64,000 bases of DNA from a virus: positions 53,286 to 117,285 of IMG/VR virus record IMGVR_UViG_3300044530_000662, one strand, 5' to 3'. Both the position numbers and the translations under genes were made by a program. Positions 29,123 to 39,294 of this stretch are shown piece by piece. Within the stretch, counting starts at the first letter, position 1. Every line of letters starts with the position of its first letter. Below the pieces are notes generated by a model, which did not search any database, was not told where the DNA came from, and was given only the letters and a program-made list of their open reading frames with translations.

Positions 29123-31327
29123 TTATTTAAGGTTTTTAAATGGGGATTTTTTAAACCCCGTTCCATTAGAATAATAGGACTTACCCATATGTCTAAAGGG
29201 ACTATTATTTAATTTAAACAAATTTTCTGACTTTTGCAAGTTTTTAGCTGCATCATCCATGATAACTCTTTTACTATATCCCCTATTTGCTTGCTGTATT
29301 CTCATAAAAGCTACAAGTGCACAGAAAGCTACCATCCTATCCACGTTGAGCCCATCAGCATAAGCTTGCATCTCTTTAAGCAACATTGGATCAGGTATTC
29401 TTTCTATACCGTATTTAGTTCTTACAATAGTACCATCTGTTTTAGTTTCAATATCTAACTCTTCTTTAGTATATTCTATAGCATAACTAAGAAGGTGATT
29501 TTTAAATAGTACTCCTGTATTTTTCCAACCATACTCCTGGAATACATTAGCATTAGCACCTAAGTCTTTTAAGAACATAATCTGACTTTTAGGTACTAGA
29601 TATTTTTGTTTCTTTCTGGATATCATGTATTGAATAAATAGAGAGATGTTATTCTCTATAACAGCCCATGCATTATACCATTCTATAATTAACTCTAGTC
29701 TTTGGTGTGTTTTGTTAAGGTCATCAAACCTTCCACACCAAGCTGCTACAATTTTATCTGGTTCTATATAAGTCTCTGTTTCTGTACCTGTAACCTTGGT
29801 AACTTCTATTGGAGCTTTCATTATATAGATAGAACATAGTGATTCTGAGGTAGTTGTCTTACCCTCCGACACCGGGTCAATAGAAGCATAATAATGTTTA
29901 GCAAACTCTGGATTAGGTATAGGTCTTTCCCATACTACAAGTACTCCTGTTTTATCTTCTGTATTTTTAGTAACTGGAAATTCTCTAATAGGCATTTTAT
30001 TAGAAATTTTAACTGCAGGTTTTCCATTCTCATCTGCATAGATATCTAAAAATTCATATGCATATTCTTTTTCTTCTATTCTTCTTTGTTGTGCAGCAAT
30101 TAAGTGTGTTGGAAATTTAGATACAGTTCTGTTTGCAAAAGCTTCTTCAATATTTCTAGGATGCTGTGAAATCCTTAACTGATAAGTTTCTGGATCCAAT
30201 TCTTTTTTCCAAACTTCAAACTGTCTATCTAATGCTTCTAATGCTTGTTCTACAAGTGAATTACCATAAGCATCAATGTGTGGTGGCATAGACCATTGTT
30301 CAGGTATAAATAAACCTGATAAACCTATAGTACCTTTATTATCTATTAGATCTGTTTCTACAGCATATACATCACTATCTTTTGGTTTAAGAATCATTTT
30401 TCTCAAAGGTTCACATTGAGATAAGTCACCCACAGATCCTGCAGCAATAAACATCCCTGTAGTAATTAAACCAGATCTCATGGCTGGACGCATGTACTCA
30501 TATGTAGTATCCATCTTAGGAGCAATCCCAGCCTCCTCATGAAAGAAGTATTTAACTGGACCCCCTACACCATTTGTTGGATCTTTTTCAAAAGACATAC
30601 CTTGCATAGTACCTTTTAGACCCACTTCTGTTTTTCTGTCTCCTTTTCTTACTTCAATCTTCTGCTGCCACATTAAGACCTTGTCTGGAGACATTGGACG
30701 GTACCATGCAGTATGTTCATTAAGGAAGGCAGCATATTCCGATAAAAACTTCCAAGAACCTTTCTCATTAATATAATCTTTAAGACTGGCTCCCATTTTT
30801 AATGTTACCCCTGACTCAAACCATAACTGATTAAGTAACTTAGATATATGAAAATAAGAAGATGCTATCTGACGTTTCTTTAAGATAGCAACATGTTTGT
30901 AATTTAATTCTGCAAGTAACTCATACAGAGCCATGTGATACTGAGCATCACGGATTTTAGCAAAGTCAAACTTCTGTTGTTCTTTATCAAAGATTGGTAA
31001 GAAGTTTAACCACATGTAATAGTCTCTAGTTATAAACCATTTCTTATTACCATTTATATAAAAGACTCCTTTTCTACATTTGTTTTTTTGATCATCCCAG
31101 TAATTAATAAAATCTTTAGATTTAAAGGGAGCTAAGCAATATACATTGTTAGCCCTAAATAAAGTAGATTGTTCATTAAATAAATAACTGGTTTCATCAA
31201 AGTTATATTTACCTGGTTCAGCAAATATCTCTTCTATAGATTTAGAAAATTCTTCTCTAGACTCAAATGATATTGTAGTCCAAGTACCATTATCCCAACA
31301 GGGTATATCTTGATAGATTTCACTCAT
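29123..31327 (-). CDS. terL: Terminase large subunit
   Basis: Walker A-like LKKRQIASS, Walker B FFHEEAG, coupling motif GSVG, RNase H-like nuclease YASIDP...IENN...DRMVA. Confidence 0.9.
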   Translation of the reverse strand: MSEIYQDIPCWDNGTWTTISFESREEFSKSIEEIFAEPGKYNFDETSYLFNEQSTLFRANNVYCLAPFKSKDFINYWDDQKNKCRKGVFYINGNKKWFITRDYYMWLNFLPIFDKEQQKFDFAKIRDAQYHMALYELLAELNYKHVAILKKRQIASSYFHISKLLNQLWFESGVTLKMGASLKDYINEKGSWKFLSEYAAFLNEHTAWYRPMSPDKVLMWQQKIEVRKGDRKTEVGLKGTMQGMSFEKDPTNGVGGPVKYFFHEEAGIAPKMDTTYEYMRPAMRSGLITTGMFIAAGSVGDLSQCEPLRKMILKPKDSDVYAVETDLIDNKGTIGLSGLFIPEQWSMPPHIDAYGNSLVEQALEALDRQFEVWKKELDPETYQLRISQHPRNIEEAFANRTVSKFPTHLIAAQQRRIEEKEYAYEFLDIYADENGKPAVKISNKMPIREFPVTKNTEDKTGVLVVWERPIPNPEFAKHYYASIDPVSEGKTTTSESLCSIYIMKAPIEVTKVTGTETETYIEPDKIVAAWCGRFDDLNKTHQRLELIIEWYNAWAVIENNISLFIQYMISRKKQKYLVPKSQIMFLKDLGANANVFQEYGWKNTGVLFKNHLLSYAIEYTKEELDIETKTDGTIVRTKYGIERIPDPMLLKEMQAYADGLNVDRMVAFCALVAFMRIQQANRGYSKRVIMDDAAKNLQKSENLFKLNNSPFRHMGKSYYSNGTGFKKSPFKNLK

Positions 31328-31329
31328 AA

Positions 31330-31845
31330 TTAAGAATCATAAGATAACCCAATTCCTCCTCTAACTTTACTAGACTGTTCATCTTGTAGGTCTTTGTACA
31401 CACCCTTAAATGATTGTCTAATGCCATCAAAGTCTTTTGCTAATGCTCTTATCTGAGCTATGTTACCATCTTTACCATCTGTGATTTGTGCAGTAGACAA
31501 GTAATTAGATATCCTATCAAGTGCTTTTTGCATACCCCCATATGCTCTGGATGTTGGAGTTTCATATAATTTTTCACAGAACTTAAGAGCATTAAATATA
31601 TCCTCATCTTCTGTTGAGAATTCTCCATCTATTTCTCTTATAATCAATGATTCTTTTTCTATCTGTGGTGTATGAAAGAAAGGATTCAAATCTGGATCAG
31701 GACATGTCATATAAAACAAGTACTGGTATATTTTTAGATAATCATCTGGATAATTATCCATGATATCTTTTAGAGATTTAAGTGTATAGCAATGTTCAGT
31801 TGGAACTACTGTTCTGTTCTGTACATCAAATAGTTTAATCAGCAT
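31330..31845 (-). CDS. Possible terminase small subunit
   Basis: 171 aa helical protein immediately upstream of terL; assignment is positional only. Confidence 0.4.
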   Translation of the reverse strand: MLIKLFDVQNRTVVPTEHCYTLKSLKDIMDNYPDDYLKIYQYLFYMTCPDPDLNPFFHTPQIEKESLIIREIDGEFSTEDEDIFNALKFCEKLYETPTSRAYGGMQKALDRISNYLSTAQITDGKDGNIAQIRALAKDFDGIRQSFKGVYKDLQDEQSSKVRGGIGLSYDS

Positions 31846-31847
31846 CT

Positions 31848-32681
31848 TTATTTCTTTTTAATATTTTGTTTGTTCTCATGAAGGTAATGAATAAGTGCAT
31901 GCACTTCTTCTACTAGATAAGGTATTGCCATAGGTATTACCTCTTTTACTATAGGATCTCCATTATCATCTAGTTTTGCAATTGGATAACCCCACTGATC
32001 TTCTCTATCTACTTCAAATGTTATATGATGAATATAAATGCTTCCTGGTTTTAATTTAGGATTATGCTTTAATATAATATACATATAAATGCTAAGTTGT
32101 AAAGCATAATGATAAAAGTTACAGTCATCTAAATTATTGACAGGGTGAGCCATCTTTTCAGATATTCCTTCCCAGTTAACATAAGATTCTTTCTTTATCT
32201 CCTTGTTAGTTTTGTAGTCAATAATATTTACTTTACCATTCACTACTTCTACTAAATCTGATTGGCCACAAAGACCAACTGATCTTAAATAGACCATATG
32301 TTCTGGATACACACCTGGTTCTAATTTTTGTAATGGAGCCACCTTAACTCCTTCTTTAACTTCTGATGGTTTAAATACAGGTACTGTTACACCTTCTCTT
32401 TCCATAGAAGCTAGTGCACATAAGTCATCTTCTCTTTGGTTGTGATACCATGAACCAAGAGTAGTAGACCTAGTAGATTCATTATTCCAAATATCTTGAA
32501 TAGTCTGAGGATCTACTCCGGCCCATTTAGATTTTTTATTTTTGCTTACTTTCTGAGCTACAGCTTTGGCATCAAAAGATTTTTTAAAATGGGATACAAG
32601 TGTAGTTACACTTATCCATTCAATACCTGTATCTTCTATACTTCTATAGCTGTGATCAGATGCGTTAAATATTATGCTCAT
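31848..32681 (-). CDS. PD-(D/E)XK nuclease
   Basis: LCGQSDLV...IIDYKT...YALQLSIY motifs. Confidence 0.8.
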   Translation of the reverse strand: MSIIFNASDHSYRSIEDTGIEWISVTTLVSHFKKSFDAKAVAQKVSKNKKSKWAGVDPQTIQDIWNNESTRSTTLGSWYHNQREDDLCALASMEREGVTVPVFKPSEVKEGVKVAPLQKLEPGVYPEHMVYLRSVGLCGQSDLVEVVNGKVNIIDYKTNKEIKKESYVNWEGISEKMAHPVNNLDDCNFYHYALQLSIYMYIILKHNPKLKPGSIYIHHITFEVDREDQWGYPIAKLDDNGDPIVKEVIPMAIPYLVEEVHALIHYLHENKQNIKKK

Positions 32682-32683
32682 AA

Positions 32684-33004
32684 TTATGCATTTTCAATTA
32701 TTGATTCTGCTAATGTTCTTGATGATTCATCTTCAGCCATTAACATCTTACGGATATTAGTTACTTCTTCTTGTGTAAACTTACCCTCCATAGAAAGAAT
32801 CTTTAGTCTTAAGAACTTATTATCTGTTTCTAACTTCTTTACTCTTTCTAGTAGATCTTGTATAGGATTCCCCCATGGATCATTATTAATAGCACTAAAT
32901 AAACCATTAGCATTACCAGGAATGGTATTAATTACTGTAGTAGGATCATTAACATATACACCTTGTATACTTTGTGTTTGTAATCTATCTGTAAACTTTG
33001 ACAT
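32684..33004 (-). CDS. Hypothetical protein
   Basis: 106 aa, operon-packed, coiled-coil. Confidence 0.6.
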   Translation of the reverse strand: MSKFTDRLQTQSIQGVYVNDPTTVINTIPGNANGLFSAINNDPWGNPIQDLLERVKKLETDNKFLRLKILSMEGKFTQEEVTNIRKMLMAEDESSRTLAESIIENA

Positions 33005-33008
33005 AATA

Positions 33009-33308
33009 TTAATCTTTAAGGTTATCTAAATCATCTTCTTCATCTTCAGTACAAACAGCTTTCCATTTACCTAGTGGGCAATCTGCAGACAGAGCTCTAG
33101 TTTTAAATGTTAATGAGCAACCACACTCATTACAACAGGGAGCTGTACCTGGTACTGCACAATCATCACCTTTTGAAGTACAGTCATCACAAACTTCTTT
33201 TCTAAATTTTGCTACATCTTCAATAAATTCATCTCTGATAATAGAATTTTTAATTCCTTCAACAATCCCTTTTCTATTCTCCCAGATTGTTTTTAATACT
33301 GCTTTCAT
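33009..33308 (-). CDS. Zn-binding protein (CxxC...CCxxCGC...CPxGKW)
   Basis: Cys pattern in the sequence. Confidence 0.65.
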   Translation of the reverse strand: MKAVLKTIWENRKGIVEGIKNSIIRDEFIEDVAKFRKEVCDDCTSKGDDCAVPGTAPCCNECGCSLTFKTRALSADCPLGKWKAVCTEDEEDDLDNLKD

Positions 33309-33663
33309 TTTTGGTTTTTTTAAAATTATCTTTTCTGGTTTCCTCTACTAGCATTTTCTTTTCTAATTCTAGTAATTGTTCAAGTTTAACTTCTAAACCT
33401 TTTTTATTAAAATAAGCTCCAAAAGTTGATGTGTCATGTTCTTGTAATTTTTTTGTTATCTTAGGTATATCATTTTTAACTAGCATAGGTTTAGCAACAA
33501 AATGACCAAGTCCTTCTAAGTTTACTCTAGGATACTCTAAGTTAGATAGCACACTTCTCAGTTCTTTATAACAAAATTCAATATAAGTTTCTAGCATAGT
33601 TTCATCAAGATTGTTATCTTCTGCTAACTGCTTATATATGCTATTTGCTTTCTTGGGTATCAT
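33274..33663 (-). CDS. Second IHF/HU-like protein
   Basis: Two helices then RVNLEGLGHF, equivalent to the HU V.L.GFG.F motif. Confidence 0.55.
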   Translation of the reverse strand: MIPKKANSIYKQLAEDNNLDETMLETYIEFCYKELRSVLSNLEYPRVNLEGLGHFVAKPMLVKNDIPKITKKLQEHDTSTFGAYFNKKGLEVKLEQLLELEKKMLVEETRKDNFKKTKNESSIKNNLGE

Positions 33664-34021
33664 TTCCTAAAAATTTATAATCTAGTAAAAGTGTTCCCTT
33701 TGTTTGTATTTTAATATCTGGATTAATCATAATCAATTTCTTATTGTTAGGATCTTTAATAACCAGATTATTCTTTTCTGCTTTATTAATACAATTCCTT
33801 ACAGTTTGAGGTGATTTAAATATCCAGTCTTCATCTGCAGAGGCATCATAACAAAAATGGGTAAGTTCTATAGGTTCATTAAAACTAAGTAAAGTTAAAC
33901 AGTTTAAATCAGACTCACTCACTGTTATACGGCTAATATAACAATGAGTAAGAATCTGAAACTTAACAACATCCCATTTTGGCATCTTGACACGCTTCTG
34001 TACCTGATTTACAAGTGCCAT
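33641..34021 (-). CDS. Hypothetical, possibly winged-helix DNA-binding protein
   Basis: 126 aa; SPQTVRNCINKAEKNNLV is helix-turn-helix-like. Confidence 0.45.
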   Translation of the reverse strand: MALVNQVQKRVKMPKWDVVKFQILTHCYISRITVSESDLNCLTLLSFNEPIELTHFCYDASADEDWIFKSPQTVRNCINKAEKNNLVIKDPNNKKLIMINPDIKIQTKGTLLLDYKFLGNDTQESK

Positions 34022-34023
34022 GA

Positions 34024-34329
34024 TTAATTCTTTTTAAGCTTTCTTTTTGCTGTTTCCGGATTAATTCTACCATCTAACTCTAAACCTTCTTCTTCTAGAT
34101 CTTCATCTAAAGGTGTAGGATTATTTATTTGATACATAGTTACAGCATACTGATGTTCATACTGTAGTCTCTTAAGTTTATTTTCTGAGATCTCAGCTAA
34201 TAACTTTTCATATTCAGCTTGAGCTTTTAAATAAGGTAAAGCTTCTTCAAAGAATTGTTTCATCTCTTCTTTTCTAGCTGTTAACTGTTCTGGAGATAAA
34301 TTCTCCATTTGTTCTTGTTGGTTTTCCAT
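34024..34329 (-). CDS. Acidic helical hypothetical protein
   Basis: 101 aa with its own upstream promoter. Confidence 0.6.
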   Translation of the reverse strand: MENQQEQMENLSPEQLTARKEEMKQFFEEALPYLKAQAEYEKLLAEISENKLKRLQYEHQYAVTMYQINNPTPLDEDLEEEGLELDGRINPETAKRKLKKN

Positions 34330-34352
34330 TACTTTTTAATTTTAAGTTTAGA

Positions 34353-34360
34353 CAAATATA
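34353..34360 (-). promoter_or_regulatory. Bacteroidota -7 element TATATTTG
   Basis: Perfect TAnnTTTG. The TATATTTGTCTA context is shared with 42684-42691. Confidence 0.7.
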
Positions 34361-34391
34361 CAAGAAAAGTTTAAATTAAAATAGTTTAAAT

Positions 34392-34422
34392 AAAAAAATC
34401 CAGGCATAGTATATACCTGGAT
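34392..34422 (-). terminator. Intrinsic terminator
   Basis: ATCCAGG...CCTGGAT plus T7 on the minus strand. Confidence 0.7.
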
Positions 34423-34441
34423 CTCTATAATTTGTATGTAA

Positions 34442-34750
34442 TTATTTTTTCTTAGTCATTGTTTTGGCTTTAACAATACCACCTTTTTTATTTTTATCTA
34501 GCATCTTTTTAACACCTAGTCCTGCGGCACCTGCGGCACCTATCCCTAGAATAGCACCTAATGCACCACCGCCTCCTCCACCACTTCTAGAAGATGATCT
34601 AAACTTAGTTGTTTTACCACAACCACTTTTTCTTCTTCTTCTTTTTTTACCATCAGCTGCTACATATTCTTCCATACAACTATCTTCTGTACTTCCGCCC
34701 TCAGCATAACTCTTCATAGATCTAATGATCTGGTTTTTACTATCTATCAT
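34442..34750 (-). CDS. Basic Gly-rich protein with a hydrophobic segment and GG motifs
   Basis: YAEGG, RRRRK, GALGAILGIGAAGAAGLGV, NKKGG. Confidence 0.65.
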   Translation of the reverse strand: MIDSKNQIIRSMKSYAEGGSTEDSCMEEYVAADGKKRRRRKSGCGKTTKFRSSSRSGGGGGGALGAILGIGAAGAAGLGVKKMLDKNKKGGIVKAKTMTKKK

Positions 34751-34752
34751 GA

Positions 34753-34914
34753 TTATCTATTTTTAAGTGTAAAGTTTAATACAGTAATCATATAAAATGA
34801 TCTTGGTACATCTATTTCTAGAGTAAATACATCAATAGAAGATACTCTTAAACTTAATCTTAATTGTTTTAAGTTTTTCTTCCAGTTTTTCCAATTATTT
34901 CTAGACTTTATCAT
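34753..34914 (-). CDS. Small hypothetical protein (53 aa)
   Basis: Read manually: MIKSRNNWKNWKKNLKQLRL...; its start overlaps the endolysin stop. Confidence 0.5.
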   Translation of the reverse strand: MIKSRNNWKNWKKNLKQLRLSLRVSSIDVFTLEIDVPRSFYMITVLNFTLKNR

Positions 34915-35429
34915 GCTTCATTTGTACTTATGGTTCCTTTTGCTTCAAGATAAACTTTTCTAACACTTGCTGGTTGTGCTACTTTCCAAGCAGTTCTTCT
35001 AGCTTGTGTTAGTCTAGACTTAGCAAGTCTCATCACATTTACCTGGTTAGATTGGTTACCACCAAGAACATGATAGTGAGTTTTATCCTCACCTACATAA
35101 AATCCAACATGGCCACCGCCATTTCTTTTGAATGTAAGTATATCACCTAACATAGGTTCAGTTACTTGAGTTCCGTACTTATTCCAGTTAAGAGCCCATA
35201 AAGGTCTTTCAACTACTTGTACTCCTGCCTTGTGTGCACAGTAAGCTACAAATAAACCGCACCAAGGAATTTCATCATTGGTATAAATAGTACTTAGACT
35301 AAGTTCTTTAGCCCAATTGAGTATTACAGGATTATGTGCTTTACCTACTATCTCTTTAGTACCTATCAGCTTTATAGCTTCTACTAATATTTTAGGAGCT
35401 GTTTCTTGAGTTAAATAGCCGTAACTCAT
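34911..35429 (-). CDS. NlpC/P60-CHAP-like peptidoglycan hydrolase (TIGR02594-like), probable endolysin
   Basis: PWCGLFV (catalytic Cys), GDILTFKR-GGGHVGFYVG (His), VLGGNQ. Confidence 0.8.
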   Translation of the reverse strand: MSYGYLTQETAPKILVEAIKLIGTKEIVGKAHNPVILNWAKELSLSTIYTNDEIPWCGLFVAYCAHKAGVQVVERPLWALNWNKYGTQVTEPMLGDILTFKRNGGGHVGFYVGEDKTHYHVLGGNQSNQVNVMRLAKSRLTQARRTAWKVAQPASVRKVYLEAKGTISTNEA

Positions 35430-35737
35430 TGCTTAGGTTTTTTATTTAATTTTTTACTAATTAGTTTTGCTATCCATGATCCTACTTTTTTAAGAACATT
35501 AGATTCAGCATCTACATTCACTGTTGTTCTTTCTCCAGTTTTTTCTACAGTGATATCTAATTTTTTAGTATCTACTTTAACAGATTTACTATCTGCATCC
35601 GCGTGAACTTCTACATCAACTTTTTTTGTATCTACTACAACATCCAAAGTTTCTGGAGTCTTATCAATGCTTACTGTAGTTTCTCCTACTTTTACTTCAG
35701 CATCAATACTTACTGGTTTTTTTGGTTTCTTACTCAT
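35426..35737 (-). CDS. Hypothetical protein with VDTKK repeats
   Basis: 103 aa beta-repeat protein within the lysis block. Confidence 0.55.
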   Translation of the reverse strand: MSKKPKKPVSIDAEVKVGETTVSIDKTPETLDVVVDTKKVDVEVHADADSKSVKVDTKKLDITVEKTGERTTVNVDAESNVLKKVGSWIAKLISKKLNKKPKQ

Positions 35738-35740
35738 GGT

Positions 35741-35977
35741 TTATTCATTTATTAATTCTTCTTCTACTTTAGAATCATCAACTGTTAATTGTGATAATGT
35801 TGCTGCTACTGTTCCTGCTGTAGCTAAATAACCTGCTGCTGTAATTACTGCTGCTGGTAATGATATTGGAGCTGTTAGAATTACTCCTGCTACTGCACCT
35901 AATGTAATTGCAATGTTTCTTACTTTCTTCCAAAACTTTGGAGTTTTACCACTCCATCTTCTTTTTAACTCTTTCAT
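35741..35977 (-). CDS. Holin-like membrane protein
   Basis: TPKFWKKV followed by two hydrophobic helices, next to the endolysin. Confidence 0.55.
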   Translation of the reverse strand: MKELKRRWSGKTPKFWKKVRNIAITLGAVAGVILTAPISLPAAVITAAGYLATAGTVAATLSQLTVDDSKVEEELINE

Positions 35978-36246
35978 TTGTCTTTATTTAATACAAACAT
36001 CTTAACTGCATCTGATAATTCACCTACATTCTTAGCTAGATTCTTTATCTCAAGTTGAGTAAGTTCTTGCAATGCTTGATATTTTATCTGTGTCTCTTGT
36101 TGTACAAGTTCTATTTTACCTTTCAGTCTTCCTTGCTCTTCAGTATTTTTTCTAACATCTCCGTGAATCATTTTTAAAAAGTATCCAAATATAGCAAAAA
36201 CAATACTTGTAATAAAAAGTCCTACGGTTAGTGTTTGTGTATCCAT
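35974..36246 (-). CDS. Membrane-anchored coiled-coil lysis-associated protein
   Basis: N-terminal transmembrane segment plus coiled coil. Confidence 0.5.
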   Translation of the reverse strand: MDTQTLTVGLFITSIVFAIFGYFLKMIHGDVRKNTEEQGRLKGKIELVQQETQIKYQALQELTQLEIKNLAKNVGELSDAVKMFVLNKDK

Positions 36247-36303
36247 TGTTATAAGTTATAAATATATATAATAATATAGTAAAAATATTTGAATCTACAG
36301 TGA

Positions 36304-37704
36304 TTATACCAAACTATATTCTATATACCATGTATCTGTATCTGTTTTTGTAAGTGTTGCTACACTGTATTGTCCTGGTAAAGGTCCAGGAATACTTGTA
36401 TATAAGGTTACTCCAATTACTCCTAATATGGTTACAGTTCCGGTTCCTTGTTGTGATACTTTTATTACAGCACCTGTAGGAATTGGAAAATTACTATTTA
36501 ATTGAATAGTCATAGTCTGCGGAGATGCCGAATCAACCATTAAAAATTTACCAGCATCTATATTCAATAAAATTCTACCAGCAATATTTAACTCTGGTGT
36601 TACATAAGCATTTATAGAGTTAGCTGCTACATTTATTCTATTATTAATAGCATCATTTACAATAGCCCAATCTACTCCAGCACCTGAAATAAAATTTATT
36701 TTTGATGTACTTCCTACAGCATTTGCATTTTCTGTAAGATCAATAGTTGCTACATTTGCTTGAGGTCCAAATCCTGATTGAAACTTAACATCATCTAAAG
36801 CATATCTATCAAAATTGGTAGCAAATGTATTAGCTGTTGTACCAGTCATAAATATTCTTACCATTGACATAGTACTGATAGCAAGATTGCCAAATGCATT
36901 TGTAGGAATAGAAACTAATTGCCAGTTTCCTATACTATTCATATTCATACCCCAGTTTGTAGCAAGGACAGAACCAATCAAAGTTGTACCGTTATAAAGG
37001 AAAATTTGAATATTTCTAGCAGGAAGAGCTACTGGTAAGTAAACTCTAAATGTAAGAAAAGCAAATGTTGTCCTAGAGATATTTCCTGTTGGTTTTGTAT
37101 ATTGTATATACTTACCACTACTATAGGTAGGAGCAGTAACTAAAGTGCACTGGCTTCCTTGAAAAACTGGAGCTGGAGTTGTACTTGAAAAATTAACTGA
37201 CAAAGCCGGAGCTGCACCTGCTACAGAAGAGGGATTCCAATCTGGAGTTAATCCTTCTCTGTAGACAAATTCGTTTGTTACTGTAGGAGTAGTTGAACCA
37301 GCTCCTACTAACACATACTGGATAAGTACATAGTTCTCATCTACTGCAGGAGTAAGAGGATTTGTAGCAGGAGTTCCAGAGATTACTGAAACTACTCCAA
37401 TATCATTTACAACTATAGCATCAAATCTTGGTAATGTTGGATTACTTGCAGGTAATGTTACATTCTGAGCATTTGCTGAAAGTTGTATTCCTGCAATTTG
37501 ATATACCAAAGCTGATACATTAAACACCATACCTGTATCAGACCAAGAAGCTCCTCCAGATATTAATAAGTTGGCTCTACCAGGGTTATTAATATTTGCA
37601 AGATCTAACTGAGTTGCATATGGATTAGTTACTGATGGAGTATTTGCACCTACGGCTGCATCATATGCATTACCAGGTAAATTTCTATTTATATTGATAC
37701 TCAT
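36304..37704 (-). CDS. Fibre/spike protein with a carbohydrate-binding-like domain
   Basis: TLPASNPTLPRFDAIVV (common phage fibre segment) and a central jelly-roll-like region (WQLVSIP...YALDDVKF). Confidence 0.5.
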   Translation of the reverse strand: MSININRNLPGNAYDAAVGANTPSVTNPYATQLDLANINNPGRANLLISGGASWSDTGMVFNVSALVYQIAGIQLSANAQNVTLPASNPTLPRFDAIVVNDIGVVSVISGTPATNPLTPAVDENYVLIQYVLVGAGSTTPTVTNEFVYREGLTPDWNPSSVAGAAPALSVNFSSTTPAPVFQGSQCTLVTAPTYSSGKYIQYTKPTGNISRTTFAFLTFRVYLPVALPARNIQIFLYNGTTLIGSVLATNWGMNMNSIGNWQLVSIPTNAFGNLAISTMSMVRIFMTGTTANTFATNFDRYALDDVKFQSGFGPQANVATIDLTENANAVGSTSKINFISGAGVDWAIVNDAINNRINVAANSINAYVTPELNIAGRILLNIDAGKFLMVDSASPQTMTIQLNSNFPIPTGAVIKVSQQGTGTVTILGVIGVTLYTSIPGPLPGQYSVATLTKTDTDTWYIEYSLV

Positions 37705-38267
37705 TAGTATGTTTTGTTTAAAATAAATATATCACTATAGATATTGTTTCCTGTAGAAGCGACTTGCCATTGAACTGTTACATCCAATACATTAGGAATG
37801 GTTGTATCAAATGTTGTGTTATTTACCTCATTAAATCCAAATCCTTGAACAGAAGCATTGTTAGTTTTTGTATAATGAAATGAACCTAATGCTACAATAG
37901 ATGCTACACCAGCAATCCCAATTTGTCTAATTGTAAAATCAACATTTAAAGACCATACATCATCTATAACACTGCTGCCCAAATTTTGTAGATTACTATT
38001 TAAAAGAACAATAGATCCTGCTTTAACTCTAATTGTAATATTTTGATTATTATTAGCATTCATTACACCACCAAAAACAGCTCTAAAACTATCTCCTACC
38101 TTGAAGCCATTAGGAGGAACCGTTAATGTACCTACACCACCATTAATAAGACTAAGTTCTACATTAGTATTAGTGATTATAGTACTATTGCCTGTTTGAG
38201 CAAATAGACCTCCTGTTTTACTGTAGGGGCTAAAAAAATCACTATCTGTATAAACCTGAATACCCAT
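37704..38267 (-). CDS. Structural beta-rich protein
   Basis: 187 aa, in the fibre block. Confidence 0.5.
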   Translation of the reverse strand: MGIQVYTDSDFFSPYSKTGGLFAQTGNSTIITNTNVELSLINGGVGTLTVPPNGFKVGDSFRAVFGGVMNANNNQNITIRVKAGSIVLLNSNLQNLGSSVIDDVWSLNVDFTIRQIGIAGVASIVALGSFHYTKTNNASVQGFGFNEVNNTTFDTTIPNVLDVTVQWQVASTGNNIYSDIFILNKTY

Positions 38268-39106
38268 TAGATATAACTATAGATAATTATTAATGATGAT
38301 CCTACATTAGTTGTAGTATCCCAAAAGAAAGAAGTTCCTACATAAGCATTTGAAGGACTATTTGCATCAAGATTTATAGTTGTTCCAGGTACTAAATTTA
38401 CATATGAGGCACCTCCATTAACTGATACTAATGCATTAGCTGTCCCATTAGAGAAGAATGATATTGAAGTAATATTAGGACCAAAAGAAGATAGATTCCC
38501 ATCTGCTGCAGAAACTTCAAGATTTTCAAGACTTACTATAATATATCTAGGTAATACATTAACATCTAATGCTTGTTCAGTTGGACTAAATGCAGTACTA
38601 GTAAGAGGAGTTCCCCCAGCACAAATTGATACTGAATCAGTTGCACAGTCTAAATCTCTTATATCTAAATCAAGAGCATCAACAGTAATACCTCCTTGAA
38701 GTTCAGTATATATATTATCTAAAGTTACTTCAGTAGCTAAACCTGTAGTGTTACTTACAATTTGAGCTAAGTAAGTATTAGGATTGATATATGTAATTGG
38801 AGCAACTGGAGTACCAGGTACAGTATCTCCAGCTTCAAAATATATAGGTGGATCAAATGTAGTTCCATTCCAAATTCTTATTTCTAACCATGTAACATCA
38901 TTAGCATCTACAACTAAGGCTGCTTCATAATCAGTACCATTTTGAATAGCTGCAAGTATTTGAGTTAGTAATGGTTCTACAGTATCTGTGTTATCTACAA
39001 TTTCTTGTAAAGCATCACAAGCACATTGTTGACCCATCAACATTTTCAATTGCCAAGGAAAGTTATTTCCTTTGTTTCCATAGTCTTTTAAATTTCCTAT
39101 TGACAT
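38267..39106 (-). CDS. Structural/fibre-associated protein
   Basis: 279 aa, in the fibre block. Confidence 0.5.
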   Translation of the reverse strand: MSIGNLKDYGNKGNNFPWQLKMLMGQQCACDALQEIVDNTDTVEPLLTQILAAIQNGTDYEAALVVDANDVTWLEIRIWNGTTFDPPIYFEAGDTVPGTPVAPITYINPNTYLAQIVSNTTGLATEVTLDNIYTELQGGITVDALDLDIRDLDCATDSVSICAGGTPLTSTAFSPTEQALDVNVLPRYIIVSLENLEVSAADGNLSSFGPNITSISFFSNGTANALVSVNGGASYVNLVPGTTINLDANSPSNAYVGTSFFWDTTTNVGSSLIIIYSYI

Positions 39107-39132
39107 TGTTTCTTATTTTTAATTTTTAAAAC

Positions 39133-39294
39133 TTAATCTTCTTTTGTTAACTCCACTACATCTTGTGGTTGCGGTGGAAATAGTACTGCTAATGCTTGTA
39201 CTAAAAAAGCTGCATCCTGTAATGAGTAAGCACCTTTCTTAAACCCTTGATCTAATGCCTGGTTTAAAATTTGAATTGCTTGTTCTTGATTCAT
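39133..39294 (-). CDS. Small fibre-chaperone-like protein (probable start 39294)
   Basis: MNQEQAIQILNQALD...; ATGA overlap with the upstream gene. Confidence 0.55.
   Translation of the reverse strand: MNQEQAIQILNQALDQGFKKGAYSLQDAAFLVQALAVLFPPQPQDVVELTKED

Noticed and set aside
23372-31327. Inteins or group I/II introns in MCP, portal or terL
   Set aside because: The ORFs are continuous, with no intein splice motifs or homing-endonuclease inserts seen.
2496-36997. Plus-strand ORFs within the minus-strand arm (e.g. 19175-19660, 32496-33029, 14316-14642)
   Set aside because: They are antisense shadows of real genes, with no translation signals and atypical composition.
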